A stretch of DNA of 64,000 nt from a virus. The position numbers and the translations under genes were made by a program. Each line of letters opens with the position of its first letter. Position 1 is the stretch's first letter. Below, piece by piece: positions 46,498 to 56,753 of this stretch. Under the pieces are notes generated by a model that worked only from the letters and a program-made list of their open reading frames with translations, did not search any database and was not told the DNA's origin. The stretch lies in the IMG/VR virus record IMGVR_UViG_3300046492_000199. One strand, given 5' to 3'.

Positions 46498-49400
46498 TAT
46501 GTTGCCGTCCTACTAAATTGTGTTGAATAGAGATAACCGTTACCACCGGCATAACTATCGATTGTACTAACTCTGTAATAATATGTCGTCCCTGAAGCCA
46601 GACCAGTAATTGAAACACCTAGGGCGTTTGCATCAAATACTCTGTTTGCCGGGGCAGGAGTAAACCCGTTTACCGTGCTCATGAATACTTGATATTTAAT
46701 AATGTCTGATCCAGATACCGCGCTCCACGTGATATCAATTCTTCCCGCACTTGGGCTTGTTGAACTGATTGTCGTAGGTGCAGCTGGTGCATTATCAGCA
46801 ACGTTCAATGTTGTATCCGGCCCGACTAGGCTTGAGTTTTCAGCATTGACTTTCACGGAGAAAGTTCTCCAAGGCCCGCCATCTGCAATTAACTGTGAAT
46901 TACTATAGAAATAGTTATTCGAAGTTGTCGTGGTTTGCCTTACCAATGTGCCAATATTATTATAAATTTTAACTCTATAAAGCGTGGCGCTCGTAACTGT
47001 GTTCCATTGGATCGTAGCTTCTACGCCGGTATATGGCGAGGTGAGGGATAATCCAGAAACTGCACCCAATGTGAGACCAAGAATTTGATCCGACACGGCG
47101 GCAGATTCGCCATAATCATTAATAGCATAAACATTGACTTGAACCCTAGACCAAGGTCCGCCAGCAGCGGTAATCTCAGAAGAGGTCCATGATAAGAACG
47201 GCGACGATACAGTCTTAGAAAGTTTGATAGTATCAAAATTCCCGCTACCTACAACGCTTTCAATATAAACATCACCTCTGTAAGACGTGGCACGTGGCGC
47301 GGCGTTAAACGTGGCCTGAAGTGTACCAGCATTAACGTCAGCTGTTGCGTCCAAGTTACTTACTATACCCGGAGATAGAGAAGGAGTACCAAAGCTTTGG
47401 GGATTTGGATCAATATATTTCCAAGGCCCGATGATGGTATTAAAAGCCGCAACCCTTACATATAAATCACCAGCACTTGCGACGATCTGGAAATTCAGGT
47501 TGGAACCATTGTAAACGGTTTGCCAGCTAATTCCGTCATAAGAAATTTGCAGAATATAACTCTGCGCCCCAATAGCACCGGACCAGATAGCATTAATATC
47601 TACTGGATCACTGCCGCTCAATGGGTCTTGAGATATATGAATGCTCGTTACTTCAGGACCGGCAGGCACAACGCCGGGGCCATAATATGTAACACCCGGA
47701 GGAGGAGTACCGGTATCGGCGCTATATACTCTAGGATCATCAATTGCCAGAGTTAGATCGACTTTATCGATACCCCTCATTGTTGAGCCGACAACTATAA
47801 ATCTCTTTTTGTACTCCGTGGTAGAACCTAGGACAAAAGCCGTGTCTTTGGCTTCGCCGTCATAAGATAGAACTTCCTCAATTGTAATGTCTTGAGAAAT
47901 TTCCAAAGCATCTAGCGAGCCACTTTCTAATTGAACCTCATTCGTGAAACCAGTATATGTAACCTCTATCGGGCCAAATTCTTTACCATCACGGCGTCTC
48001 AATGAAATATAATTTGTTTCAGATTGACTCAATGTGACGTTTCTATCAAAAACAAGAATTCTATCAGATGGTAAATAATCCACGACCAACCCGTTCTGAG
48101 ACCAACCCGGAACGTCATGGCTAACAATAACTGGATCGCCTTTGAGCAGCAAACGTCCATCAGCTTCGGTCGAAACAGAAGCCATAATTCTGCGATAAGA
48201 ATTAGACGCGGCGTGATACATTCCTTCGCGCCAAGCCTGAGACCTATCTGTGATTCCGAAAAGTTGAATTCTTGCAGGTTTTGTCGAAGTCGATCCCGGC
48301 AGAGTACATTGAATTTCAGAATCTTCCCAAGTAGTCGAATCTTTAAATTCTACAATAACATCGTCAGCGCTATCTTCTCCTTTAGCAATGTGCGTAGTTT
48401 TAAAAGTGTTCTTCAAAATGGACTGAGGCGTAATAACAGTTCTGGCTAGAGAGCGTTGTTGATCCCTGACAAATGTCACCATGCCAGCGACAAGAATTGG
48501 CTGCGTTCTAACAACGGCTAGAACTGAATTTAGTGCATCCCACAAAGTTCTGGCCGTGTCAAAGACGCCGTTGAAACCATCATTTCTGGAGTCATAAATC
48601 TGAGCCAGTTCACTAAGTTTGGCAATGTCGATTCGACTATCTGGCAGGCCAGCGCCGTAAACAGTGTTTCTTAATATGTCAGCCGCGATCCATGCCGGAT
48701 TGCTAGTATCAGCTGGTGGTTGCCAAGCCCCATTATCCCAATAAGGAATTCTCCCCCTTTGGATGGTATTGATTTGAGTCGAACTCTGACTACTTAACTG
48801 ATTAGAAGCCCTGATCTTTACCGCTAACAGTGTAACATCTGGATAGATGTTATCGTCGGGGATGAAGGCTCTCAGACTTTGCCAAACAATATCATTACCG
48901 TAACGAGAATCTGTTTGTTTCGTGCTAGTTCTTCTAACTCTAACTTCGTATCTTCCGAGACTTACATAGATATTACGTGTGTAACGACGCTGTGTAGAAT
49001 CGGCAAGCGTAAACGTCTCGTTAAGTACGGTGATGTAGCTTCCGATAGGATCGCCTAGATTATCAATCTGTCTAACTTGAACTGTGTAGCTCACAGAAGC
49101 ATTGCTCAAACCACCAGCATCGTTGGCGTAGTAAAGCCCGCGAGGTAGGACAAGGTCAACTTGGAGGTGATCCGTGGCTTGATTGTTAGGGTTAGCCACA
49201 AATGGGCCGGTCCAAACAGAAGTGTCAATTAGTTCTTGGCCGCTTACTTCAGCCGACGTGTTGACGTTGGATGGAAATAGTGTAATAGTTCCACCGGGAG
49301 GAATGACTTCTATCTGAACATTGGAAAACGAGCCGCTGTAGCCAGAAGTGGTATCCCACAATTCTGTTTCGCCAATGTTAATTTTCATTAGATCATAATA

Positions 49401-49985
49401 ACCAACACCGAGGCAAAACAATTGGTATAGATATTGATCGTTATTTTCAAAGCTTTGAAATGGCTGTGACGCAAAGTCTGGATATAGAATATGCGTCCCA
49501 TAAAGTCTTGGGATAGGATTTAAGAGTCTGGCGCTATTACCCTGAGCCCCAATATCATAAGTAGGGCTAGCGGCTTGAGCCGATTCTTGCTTAGGGGTTT
49601 TTACTGAAGAGCCTAGGAATGCATTGATTAGAAACGTGCCGCCAAGAACGATTGCGGCAGAAATGAGTGCAAACGCAAATGTACCAGAGGCCGCGAAAAG
49701 CCCAGCGATAGGACCAGCGACAATACCAAGCGCAATGATAGCAACGGTTTTAAGAATATCTTTAAATGTTTCGCCACGAGGGATTACAACGAATTTAATC
49801 TCGTCTTCCTTCATCCCGACTACATTCCCCCAATCCTTTCTAAGGACCGGTACGCCGTTGCGTACACAAATTACCGGTTCTCTTTTATAAGGCGCACCTA
49901 GTTTGTCAGCGATATCGTAATACGTATCACTGCAAACATAGTTATCAATTTTTAAATTAGCAAAAGGTGAATTATATTCAATCAT
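46497..49985 (-). CDS. Tail tip/central fiber protein (lambda J-like) with FN3 repeats
   Basis: GN.ARL..PIP.LYG, YLYQLFCLG.G, TLLAVKIRA, FN3 W..V.G...Y.V patterns. Confidence 0.9.
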   Translation of the reverse strand: MIEYNSPFANLKIDNYVCSDTYYDIADKLGAPYKREPVICVRNGVPVLRKDWGNVVGMKEDEIKFVVIPRGETFKDILKTVAIIALGIVAGPIAGLFAASGTFAFALISAAIVLGGTFLINAFLGSSVKTPKQESAQAASPTYDIGAQGNSARLLNPIPRLYGTHILYPDFASQPFQSFENNDQYLYQLFCLGVGYYDLMKINIGETELWDTTSGYSGSFSNVQIEVIPPGGTITLFPSNVNTSAEVSGQELIDTSVWTGPFVANPNNQATDHLQVDLVLPRGLYYANDAGGLSNASVSYTVQVRQIDNLGDPIGSYITVLNETFTLADSTQRRYTRNIYVSLGRYEVRVRRTSTKQTDSRYGNDIVWQSLRAFIPDDNIYPDVTLLAVKIRASNQLSSQSSTQINTIQRGRIPYWDNGAWQPPADTSNPAWIAADILRNTVYGAGLPDSRIDIAKLSELAQIYDSRNDGFNGVFDTARTLWDALNSVLAVVRTQPILVAGMVTFVRDQQRSLARTVITPQSILKNTFKTTHIAKGEDSADDVIVEFKDSTTWEDSEIQCTLPGSTSTKPARIQLFGITDRSQAWREGMYHAASNSYRRIMASVSTEADGRLLLKGDPVIVSHDVPGWSQNGLVVDYLPSDRILVFDRNVTLSQSETNYISLRRRDGKEFGPIEVTYTGFTNEVQLESGSLDALEISQDITIEEVLSYDGEAKDTAFVLGSTTEYKKRFIVVGSTMRGIDKVDLTLAIDDPRVYSADTGTPPPGVTYYGPGVVPAGPEVTSIHISQDPLSGSDPVDINAIWSGAIGAQSYILQISYDGISWQTVYNGSNLNFQIVASAGDLYVRVAAFNTIIGPWKYIDPNPQSFGTPSLSPGIVSNLDATADVNAGTLQATFNAAPRATSYRGDVYIESVVGSGNFDTIKLSKTVSSPFLSWTSSEITAAGGPWSRVQVNVYAINDYGESAAVSDQILGLTLGAVSGLSLTSPYTGVEATIQWNTVTSATLYRVKIYNNIGTLVRQTTTTSNNYFYSNSQLIADGGPWRTFSVKVNAENSSLVGPDTTLNVADNAPAAPTTISSTSPSAGRIDITWSAVSGSDIIKYQVFMSTVNGFTPAPANRVFDANALGVSITGLASGTTYYYRVSTIDSYAGGNGYLYSTQFSRTAT

Positions 49986-50397
49986 GTTTATACTTATAAA
50001 AATTAAAACGACGCCAGCCAGAAGCTTTTAAAACAATTAGAGGGTCAAAAGTAACCCCGGCAAATGAGCAATGTAAAATCCCTCCACCGTCGATATCTAG
50101 ATAAACCCCGATATGATGTGGGTTATTGGAATTGGATAGTTCGACCACACCACCATGAACCGGAGCATCTACTTTTTCCCAATTTAAATGTTCGGAATGG
50201 TTTCTGATAAATTTAACTAAATCTCTGGCATTATCAGATGGCGGTTCAATAATTTGTAATTCCCTACCAAACGCTTCTTTTTGAACATGGCGGACCAAAC
50301 CCCAACAGTCGAAAGTATCTGGCCCCATAGAGCCAGATTCATATTTAACACCTAGTACAGAGTAAACAATTTCTATTAATTTTTCATCATCTGTCAT
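49978..50397 (-). CDS. NlpC/P60 tail-tip protein (gpK-like)
   Basis: GPDTFDCWGLV, HHIGVY, ILHC. Confidence 0.88.
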   Translation of the reverse strand: MTDDEKLIEIVYSVLGVKYESGSMGPDTFDCWGLVRHVQKEAFGRELQIIEPPSDNARDLVKFIRNHSEHLNWEKVDAPVHGGVVELSNSNNPHHIGVYLDIDGGGILHCSFAGVTFDPLIVLKASGWRRFNFYKYKHD

Positions 50398-50398
50398 A

Positions 50399-50974
50399 TT
50401 AAATCAAACCTCTAAACTCTTCAGGTCTGTATAACTTTCCCGGAAAGTTTCTGTTAACCAGATCGGCAAAACTGGCCGTAGCGGTTACACGAGTTACTGT
50501 GGTATCTATTGATTGAATCGACATGCCGTTCAAAATAAACTGAGGTACTTCTAAATCGCTTAACAGATATTCTCTATAAGTAACCTCAATGCTAGTGTCC
50601 AGTTCAACAACTGAATCTAAATATTTTCCAACTTCTTTAGTTACGTTATCGATAACGATTTCGATGGTTGGCAGACTTCCTTCTTGCTGCGCCGGAAGTT
50701 CAAAATCAAACATACAGGAGACGTAGCGAACCACTTCTCCCGCATTTACCGGGGCGTCATCTTCAAGCGTGAAATCATACCCAAAAATATCAGGATCGCC
50801 TTCTTCAAGAAGCTCTCCATTATCCCTAACCAACCTAATAGGAGTTAAGTCTCCATTGCTATCCACAAAAGATGGGTGGCGAAGTTCCAGCGTATACAGA
50901 ATTATTTCGCCGGAAGGCGCGGAAGCATAAGCTTCTTGGATAGCTTGGTCCCAAATGTCGTCAGATGTTGCCAT
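50399..50974 (-). CDS. Minor tail protein (DUF1833/gpL-like)
   Basis: A..EAYASAP...LYTLELRH, FDFELP, IDNV, YL.SDL..P, FP...Y.P..F.GL. Confidence 0.85.
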   Translation of the reverse strand: MATSDDIWDQAIQEAYASAPSGEIILYTLELRHPSFVDSNGDLTPIRLVRDNGELLEEGDPDIFGYDFTLEDDAPVNAGEVVRYVSCMFDFELPAQQEGSLPTIEIVIDNVTKEVGKYLDSVVELDTSIEVTYREYLLSDLEVPQFILNGMSIQSIDTTVTRVTATASFADLVNRNFPGKLYRPEEFRGLI

Positions 50975-51457
50975 TTATAAATAGTCTGCCATAATTGTCG
51001 GGTAAGTTTGATTTACTATAATTTGAAGTTTGTCAGCCAATTCTATCGCGAAATCTGCGCCATAGATGCTGATAAAATAAGTAGAAAATGTATTGTAATA
51101 AAAATAATTTCTAACATCTAATTTAATGGTGACTGTGTATTGGTTCCAGCCCTCGTCTTTAACCGAGTATTTTTCAGCAAATCTTGCTTTTCTGACGGTG
51201 TAACTGTTTCCTTCCCAAACAGGAAGTTCAAACCATCTACTGCCCTGATTAAGTGTACCGAAATAGAAACTTCTAAAAACCATGAACTCGTCATTAGTCA
51301 TGGTTAAGGTGCCGCTGTAAGTGAGAAGAGGATTATTAAATCTCACTCTCACCAACTGCGGACCATCATCAAAATCAGTGCGTGCCGGTTCTTTCTCTTC
51401 AATCGAGAAAGAGCCGCGATCTAATGTATAGTTAAGATTAGTAGGCCACTGATCCAT
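50975..51457 (-). CDS. Distal tail protein (Dit/gpM-like)
   Basis: Follows TMP; RTDFDDGP..VR, F..FY...L..GSRWF. Confidence 0.75.
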   Translation of the reverse strand: MDQWPTNLNYTLDRGSFSIEEKEPARTDFDDGPQLVRVRFNNPLLTYSGTLTMTNDEFMVFRSFYFGTLNQGSRWFELPVWEGNSYTVRKARFAEKYSVKDEGWNQYTVTIKLDVRNYFYYNTFSTYFISIYGADFAIELADKLQIIVNQTYPTIMADYL

Positions 51458-51465
51458 TATTTTTA

Positions 51466-54400
51466 TTATCTTCTCTTATTGCCAGCGGCTGGTGAAGAAC
51501 CGTAACGGCCTTCAATAGCTTTATTAAGGCTAGTACCACCCTTGGAAATATCTTTGGCCACACCGTCTTTAATTTGTTCAAGTAGAACATTAACATCCAA
51601 CGAACCATCTGAATTTTGTTTCGTTGAAGTTGAGGCGTTAGCATTAGTTCCGTTATTTATAACATTCAAATTAATTTTGGGCTGAACAAAAACAGCTGAA
51701 GACGAAGCTTGAACCGCACCGCTGGCTTGGACGCCTAATGAACCATCAGCTGCTCTTTTAAGAGGCATAATCGCTTCAGGTCCAGCCTCACCCATTAAGC
51801 CAGTTCTATTTCCTGACATTCCAAATGTGGTAGGAGAATTTACTATACCATTGTTTGAACCATTTGTCAAGCCCCCGTTAGCAAAAGCAATGAGTTTTCC
51901 TGAATTAAATGCTCCACCATTGGCAAAAGTCATTGGAGTTGAAATAGCCGACATGCCGCCGCCAAGATCAAATCCACCTAATGAACTTGAACCGCCGCCG
52001 AACATACCACCAAAAGCACCAGACAATGCTTTGATGATCGGCTGAATCACTGTGTAACGAATAACGATTCTAGCAATATCACCTAAGATACTCTGAGCCA
52101 AAGATTTGAAATCCATTTTACCTGTTGTTACCCAACTCGTCAAAGCATCCTCAAGACCGTTGAAAGCATTGGAAACAGCGCCAGCAACATCCGTAGTGAA
52201 ATCCTCAGATGTTTTAGTTAGATCGGTCAAGCCTTTATTGATACCCGAAATCCATGGAGAACTACCACCTGAAGCAGCTTCAGAATATTGCTTCTTCAGG
52301 CGAGTCAATAGCTCAGTGTATTCCTGAAGATTACCAGTGTTGGCAAATTCTTGATCAAGGAGTTGCTTCTTCTGAGTAAACTCATCAAGTGCCGTTGTTG
52401 ACGGCATCAATTCGTTTCTTAGTTTCTCAAAATCAGAAGTGAAGGCGGAAGAACCCGGAAGAACGCCGCCGTACTGATCCCTAAGTTCAGCAAGGCCTTT
52501 GTTATACTCAGCCTGTGTTATTTGACCCTTCTTGAGTTGTTTCTCAAGAGCTTCCTGTGCTTTATTATACTTTATAGTATCTTTCGCAGCACCGTCAAGA
52601 TACGAAGAAGCCGCACCTCCGGTATGGTCTACCTTTGGTTTACCGCCATTAGCAATATCTTTTTGTGTCTTGATTAAGTCCGTTTGCATCGCGGTCAATG
52701 CGGCAACTTGATCCGGCGACTTGCTTTGAACCTTTTGAAGAGCAGCTATATCATCTTTTAATTGAGAAACTTTACGAGAGGCTGAAGTTGCTCCTTCAGC
52801 GTATTTTTCAATACGCTTGTTGAAATCATCAGCTGCGTCGTGTCGTTTCGTAGCGGTTTCTACAGCCTTGACAGAAGTGCCAATTTGGTCATAAGTCTTT
52901 TTTAATTGTTGACCAGCTTGAGCAATGGCTTGGATTGCACCAGCAGGATCATTCTTTGCAGATTCATTGATTGTCTTTACCATATTTTGATAAGACTCAT
53001 CAGCCTTCTCGTACTGTTGCGAAAATTGGGCCGCAGCCTTGGATCGATTCAGTTCTGCGATAGCTTGATTCGCTTTACTAGCCGCGCTGGCCACTGCTTC
53101 AGCCATGCCACCAGCTGCTGACGCAACACTGTTCATCACAGCAACTGCGTTAGCCGATGACATATGATTCATTACACCTTGAATTAGTTCAAGTTTCTGA
53201 GCCGCATTGAGAGCTTCACCTTGCGCCGACGCAAGAACGTTTTGCAGTTCGATAAAACCTCTAGCCAATTCGGCAGTGTTACCGTCTTCAAATTTCGAAC
53301 TTGCGATTTCCATGACAAACTGATTATATGATTTGCCGGTCTCGTCAAGATATTGTTTAATATTCTGAAGTTTAGTGGCTAATTGATCATACTCTTGTGT
53401 GTTTTGTCCGCCAGTCAAGGATTGGTCGGTTGATCTGCGCAGAAGCTCAAATTGTCCGCGAGCCTCTTCCACTCGCTGAGCCACGTCTATTAGCTCAGTC
53501 TTTAGTTTTTGCTGCTCCGTGACGATCTGAGACGCAGAAAGAGCCTCTACAGATTCTCTATATCGGTCCATAGCTTCTTTAGAAAACCTAATTACTTCCG
53601 TGAATTCTTTCGCGCTCGAACTAGATGCATACCAAGACGCAGCTAGAATGCCTAGGCCAATGATTAGAGCACCTACTGGACCAGAAGCAAGACCAGCAAT
53701 TGCGCCGCCAGCGCGTCCAAAAAGTGATACAGCAATGGAAGCTTCTGACGCGGTTGTAGCAACGCCGGTAATGGCATATTTTATTAAATTTAGATTAGTT
53801 ACCCAAGCTGTTCCGCTAGCAATGCTCCCTAGAACCATTGAGGCGAAACTTTGTAAAAATCTAGCAATATTAAGGGCGAGCAATACCTTTAGACCGTTAA
53901 CTACAGTGTCAACGTGCTTGATCAGGAACGAGAATGCCGAACCTAATGCTTCAATAGCCTTACCAGAACGTTCGCCAAATTTATCAGCAAACTCCAAAAA
54001 TTCAGGTGATGAGATTGAATCTTTTACTTGTTCAATTGCCTTAGCTAGAGATGCCATAGCACCACCTTGACCAACGGCGACTTCTAGGTCATAAACCGCG
54101 TTCTGCAATAGATTAAACTGCGCCGTTGAATTCTTCAACGCGCTCTGAAGTGATCCACCATAAGTTCTTTGAATTTCAGCTGCGAATTTAGGCAAGGCAT
54201 CAGAAGAAAGAATTTCACCCTTCTTAAGCATATCTTGTAGTTCAGCAGTTCCTACACCTAATGCACGAGCCATTAAGTTAACGGAACCCGGTAATTGCTC
54301 GCCCAACTGTCTACGAAGTTCTTCGGAAGACACAGTTCCTTTGCTCATCATCTGTTCAAGAGCAAGCAACGCAAGTTTAGTTCTATCACTTGAACGGTGC

Positions 54401-55758
54401 AATACTGTCATGGCAGTAATTGTTGCTTCGAAGATAGTTCTGGTTTGCTCAGTGGAAACGCCTGCCAATTTTGAGGAGATAGAAAATGAGCCAAAAGATT
54501 CTTGAATATCTTCTACACGCTGACCAAGGCGATTAGCCATGTCTTCGGTGTAGCGCATTTCTTCGCCGGTCTTGCTTAAGCTTCCCTCATTTACGGCCAG
54601 CAGTGTGCTTTTGAAAGCGTTGAAATTCGTGTTAGCGTCATAAATTGACTTGGATAGTGTACCCAGCGTGATAGAGCCAATCAGGGTACGAAATACCGAT
54701 GCGGCTTGGAACGTACCGCTGAAAGCATTCTCTAAGCCACGAAGGTTCGTTGTCATGCCAGCGGCTTGACTTGAGAACTTTCCGCCGCCAATGTTGCTTA
54801 AGTTGGTGCGGAAATTATTTAGGAATTTATTAGCCATACCCGCTGCCATACCGATCTTTTCGATATAAGCTGCGATCTGAGGGGCGTTGGTTGGTACTTT
54901 TAAATTGCCCAACATCTTGACGAAAGATTCGACATTCTTAATCTGAGCCGGTGTGGGGCCTTTGAAATTAGAGAAGGCCTGAGTAATGGCTGAGATAGAG
55001 CTTGTGCCACTGATCGGCTTAAAAGTCGATAGGGCTGAGAAAAGATCACGCAGGTTCTTAACGCTGGTAGAGCTAGGAGCTTTCATACCAGCTACAGCGC
55101 TACTTAAATTAATAATTCCTGTGATCAGCGAGCCATTGATGGAAGCTTTCGCGCCGCTGTTGTTCAGCGCGCTAAAGAAAGCCTTCATGTTGGAAACAGC
55201 TTTTTCAGAAGGGGCGCGGAACCCGCCTAGTGCATCACCTAATTTAGTAATGCCTGTGAAACTACCTGAGATGCGAAGCAGTGGAGCTACTTCTGAAAGA
55301 GAAGTGCCAAATACTTTTAAAGCTTCAATCTTTGAAGCACTTGGGACTTTGAATCCAGCCATGGCAGCGCTGATCTTGTTTACAGATTCAGCAAAGTTCC
55401 CACTAACATTAAAACTGTTTAGCAGGGCAGGAATAGATGTGGCAAATGTGTTGATGTTTTTAAGCGCGGCAGGGCTAGGCGCTTTTAGATTTTTAAAAGC
55501 GTTACCAATGCTGTTAATGCTCTTAACAGCAGCCGGATTGATATTGATGTTGTTGAGTTTGCCTAAGTCTTTAGCGAGCTTAGTAAAGTCGCCGCCAGAG
55601 GCACCGCCCGCCATCAGTTTAGAGAAAGCAGCTTGGGCCTTGGCGTCTAGGTTGTCTAAACCTTTATTAATAGAAGAAATGGCCGAAACAAACTTTTTCG
55701 CCCCCGCTTCGGCGCGAGAGGCGTCAATTTCGAAGCGTAAGGAAAATGTATCGGCCAT
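51466..55758 (-). CDS. Tape measure protein (1430 aa)
   Basis: MMSKGTVSSEELRRQLGEQLPG tape-measure motif; lambda-type LT.WV.TGKMDFKSL; FANGG and GLMGEAGPEAIMPL. Confidence 0.95.
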   Translation of the reverse strand: MADTFSLRFEIDASRAEAGAKKFVSAISSINKGLDNLDAKAQAAFSKLMAGGASGGDFTKLAKDLGKLNNININPAAVKSINSIGNAFKNLKAPSPAALKNINTFATSIPALLNSFNVSGNFAESVNKISAAMAGFKVPSASKIEALKVFGTSLSEVAPLLRISGSFTGITKLGDALGGFRAPSEKAVSNMKAFFSALNNSGAKASINGSLITGIINLSSAVAGMKAPSSTSVKNLRDLFSALSTFKPISGTSSISAITQAFSNFKGPTPAQIKNVESFVKMLGNLKVPTNAPQIAAYIEKIGMAAGMANKFLNNFRTNLSNIGGGKFSSQAAGMTTNLRGLENAFSGTFQAASVFRTLIGSITLGTLSKSIYDANTNFNAFKSTLLAVNEGSLSKTGEEMRYTEDMANRLGQRVEDIQESFGSFSISSKLAGVSTEQTRTIFEATITAMTVLHRSSDRTKLALLALEQMMSKGTVSSEELRRQLGEQLPGSVNLMARALGVGTAELQDMLKKGEILSSDALPKFAAEIQRTYGGSLQSALKNSTAQFNLLQNAVYDLEVAVGQGGAMASLAKAIEQVKDSISSPEFLEFADKFGERSGKAIEALGSAFSFLIKHVDTVVNGLKVLLALNIARFLQSFASMVLGSIASGTAWVTNLNLIKYAITGVATTASEASIAVSLFGRAGGAIAGLASGPVGALIIGLGILAASWYASSSSAKEFTEVIRFSKEAMDRYRESVEALSASQIVTEQQKLKTELIDVAQRVEEARGQFELLRRSTDQSLTGGQNTQEYDQLATKLQNIKQYLDETGKSYNQFVMEIASSKFEDGNTAELARGFIELQNVLASAQGEALNAAQKLELIQGVMNHMSSANAVAVMNSVASAAGGMAEAVASAASKANQAIAELNRSKAAAQFSQQYEKADESYQNMVKTINESAKNDPAGAIQAIAQAGQQLKKTYDQIGTSVKAVETATKRHDAADDFNKRIEKYAEGATSASRKVSQLKDDIAALQKVQSKSPDQVAALTAMQTDLIKTQKDIANGGKPKVDHTGGAASSYLDGAAKDTIKYNKAQEALEKQLKKGQITQAEYNKGLAELRDQYGGVLPGSSAFTSDFEKLRNELMPSTTALDEFTQKKQLLDQEFANTGNLQEYTELLTRLKKQYSEAASGGSSPWISGINKGLTDLTKTSEDFTTDVAGAVSNAFNGLEDALTSWVTTGKMDFKSLAQSILGDIARIVIRYTVIQPIIKALSGAFGGMFGGGSSSLGGFDLGGGMSAISTPMTFANGGAFNSGKLIAFANGGLTNGSNNGIVNSPTTFGMSGNRTGLMGEAGPEAIMPLKRAADGSLGVQASGAVQASSSAVFVQPKINLNVINNGTNANASTSTKQNSDGSLDVNVLLEQIKDGVAKDISKGGTSLNKAIEGRYGSSPAAGNKRR

Positions 55759-56168
55759 TATTTATTCTTCTTTATTTTATTAGCAGCTTCGTCAGCCAAT
55801 CTTTTCTTTTTGTCTTTTTCGTAATAATCTTCTATCCACAGATTATCCAAAAGTTTTACAAAATCGGAAAAGTCTATTCTCTTCCTATAATCATCAATGC
55901 CATATAATTGGCAATAGTGATTTATTTCAGAAAAAGAAATATGCATCGGGCCAGCCATTCCGGCAGGTCTTGATGAAGAAAGAGTTAAAAACCCTTCCCA
56001 CACCCAATACAAATCCTCGAAAAGTTGTGGCCCTTCTTCTTGAACTTCCTGTACTTCTACAGGAAGTCCTTTTTCTTTTCTTACCTTAGCTATCCATTCA
56101 TTATCTTTTTTGGAGATTTTATTATTGACTTTGGATAGTGAATAGTTAAGGTACTCTGTTAGTTTTTT
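55758..56168 (-). CDS. Tail assembly chaperone gpT part (-1 frameshift extension)
   Basis: The -1 frame is open from the slippery site through 55758 (KLTEYLNYSLS...LFEDLYWVWEGF..LSSSR). Confidence 0.8.
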   Translation of the reverse strand, partial: KKLTEYLNYSLSKVNNKISKKDNEWIAKVRKEKGLPVEVQEVQEEGPQLFEDLYWVWEGFLTLSSSRPAGMAGPMHISFSEINHYCQLYGIDDYRKRIDFSDFVKLLDNLWIEDYYEKDKKKRLADEAANKIKKNK

Positions 56169-56560
56169 TCTGCTTCAGCCTTGTTCTGGACCTTGAACGC
56201 GTCATCGTCCGTGACAAGCTTGGCAATTAGGTTGCGGAATTCGCGGTACTTGGTAAGCTGATCTTCAGCGGCCTTGACAGAGAAAGGAAGGACAGTCTCT
56301 TCGTCTTCTTCTGTGAAGCCTTCCCAATCAGCAACAATGGCCTGTGCCATCTGAGCGATCAATAGGCGTTCCTGATCACCCTGTGGAATGCCTTTGCCGG
56401 AACGCTTCATAGCGAGGTAAGGAGCTTCAAGAGCCTCACGGACTTCCTGTGAGCGCTTGCTCTGGAAAGAGCGAAGCTTGATGCGAGCCTTATCGCCAAG
56501 TTCGAACCACTTACCAGTTTCTTCAGATTCAACGTCGGTAGCAAATGTAGAGAATTTCAT
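56159..56560 (-). CDS. Tail assembly chaperone (gpG-like)
   Basis: Between tube and TMP; D...E..G.WF, A.AIVADWEG. Confidence 0.85.
   Translation of the reverse strand: MKFSTFATDVESEETGKWFELGDKARIKLRSFQSKRSQEVREALEAPYLAMKRSGKGIPQGDQERLLIAQMAQAIVADWEGFTEEDEETVLPFSVKAAEDQLTKYREFRNLIAKLVTDDDAFKVQNKAEAEKN
56162..56168 (-). other. Programmed -1 ribosomal frameshift site A AAA AAC
   Basis: GAA AAA AAC TAA at the end of the chaperone gene; X XXY YYZ heptamer. Confidence 0.8.
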
Positions 56561-56608
56561 GTTCGGGATTTCCTATGTTTTTAAATATTTCGGGTTATTA
56601 ATTGAGAC

Positions 56609-56644
56609 AAAAATGGCGGCGGCACCCGACAACCCCCGCCATTT
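56609..56644 (-). terminator. Intrinsic terminator/attenuator after the tail tube gene
   Basis: aaatggcgg...ccgccattttt on the - strand. Confidence 0.7.
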
Positions 56645-56753
56645 CCTATTAAGCCTCTTGGCTTAAATTTTTTAACTATTTGTCAGACCGAGAAGTAGCC
56701 CGAGAGGCGACCCTGTAGTCCCGCCGCCCCCGCCTGTAGGAGGCGAGACTGGA

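Noticed and set aside
54986-55783. 265-aa + strand ORF, plus 53600-54070 and others antisense to TMP
   Set aside because: Shadow ORFs from the Ala/Ser-rich codon bias of the tape measure; no RBS or motifs
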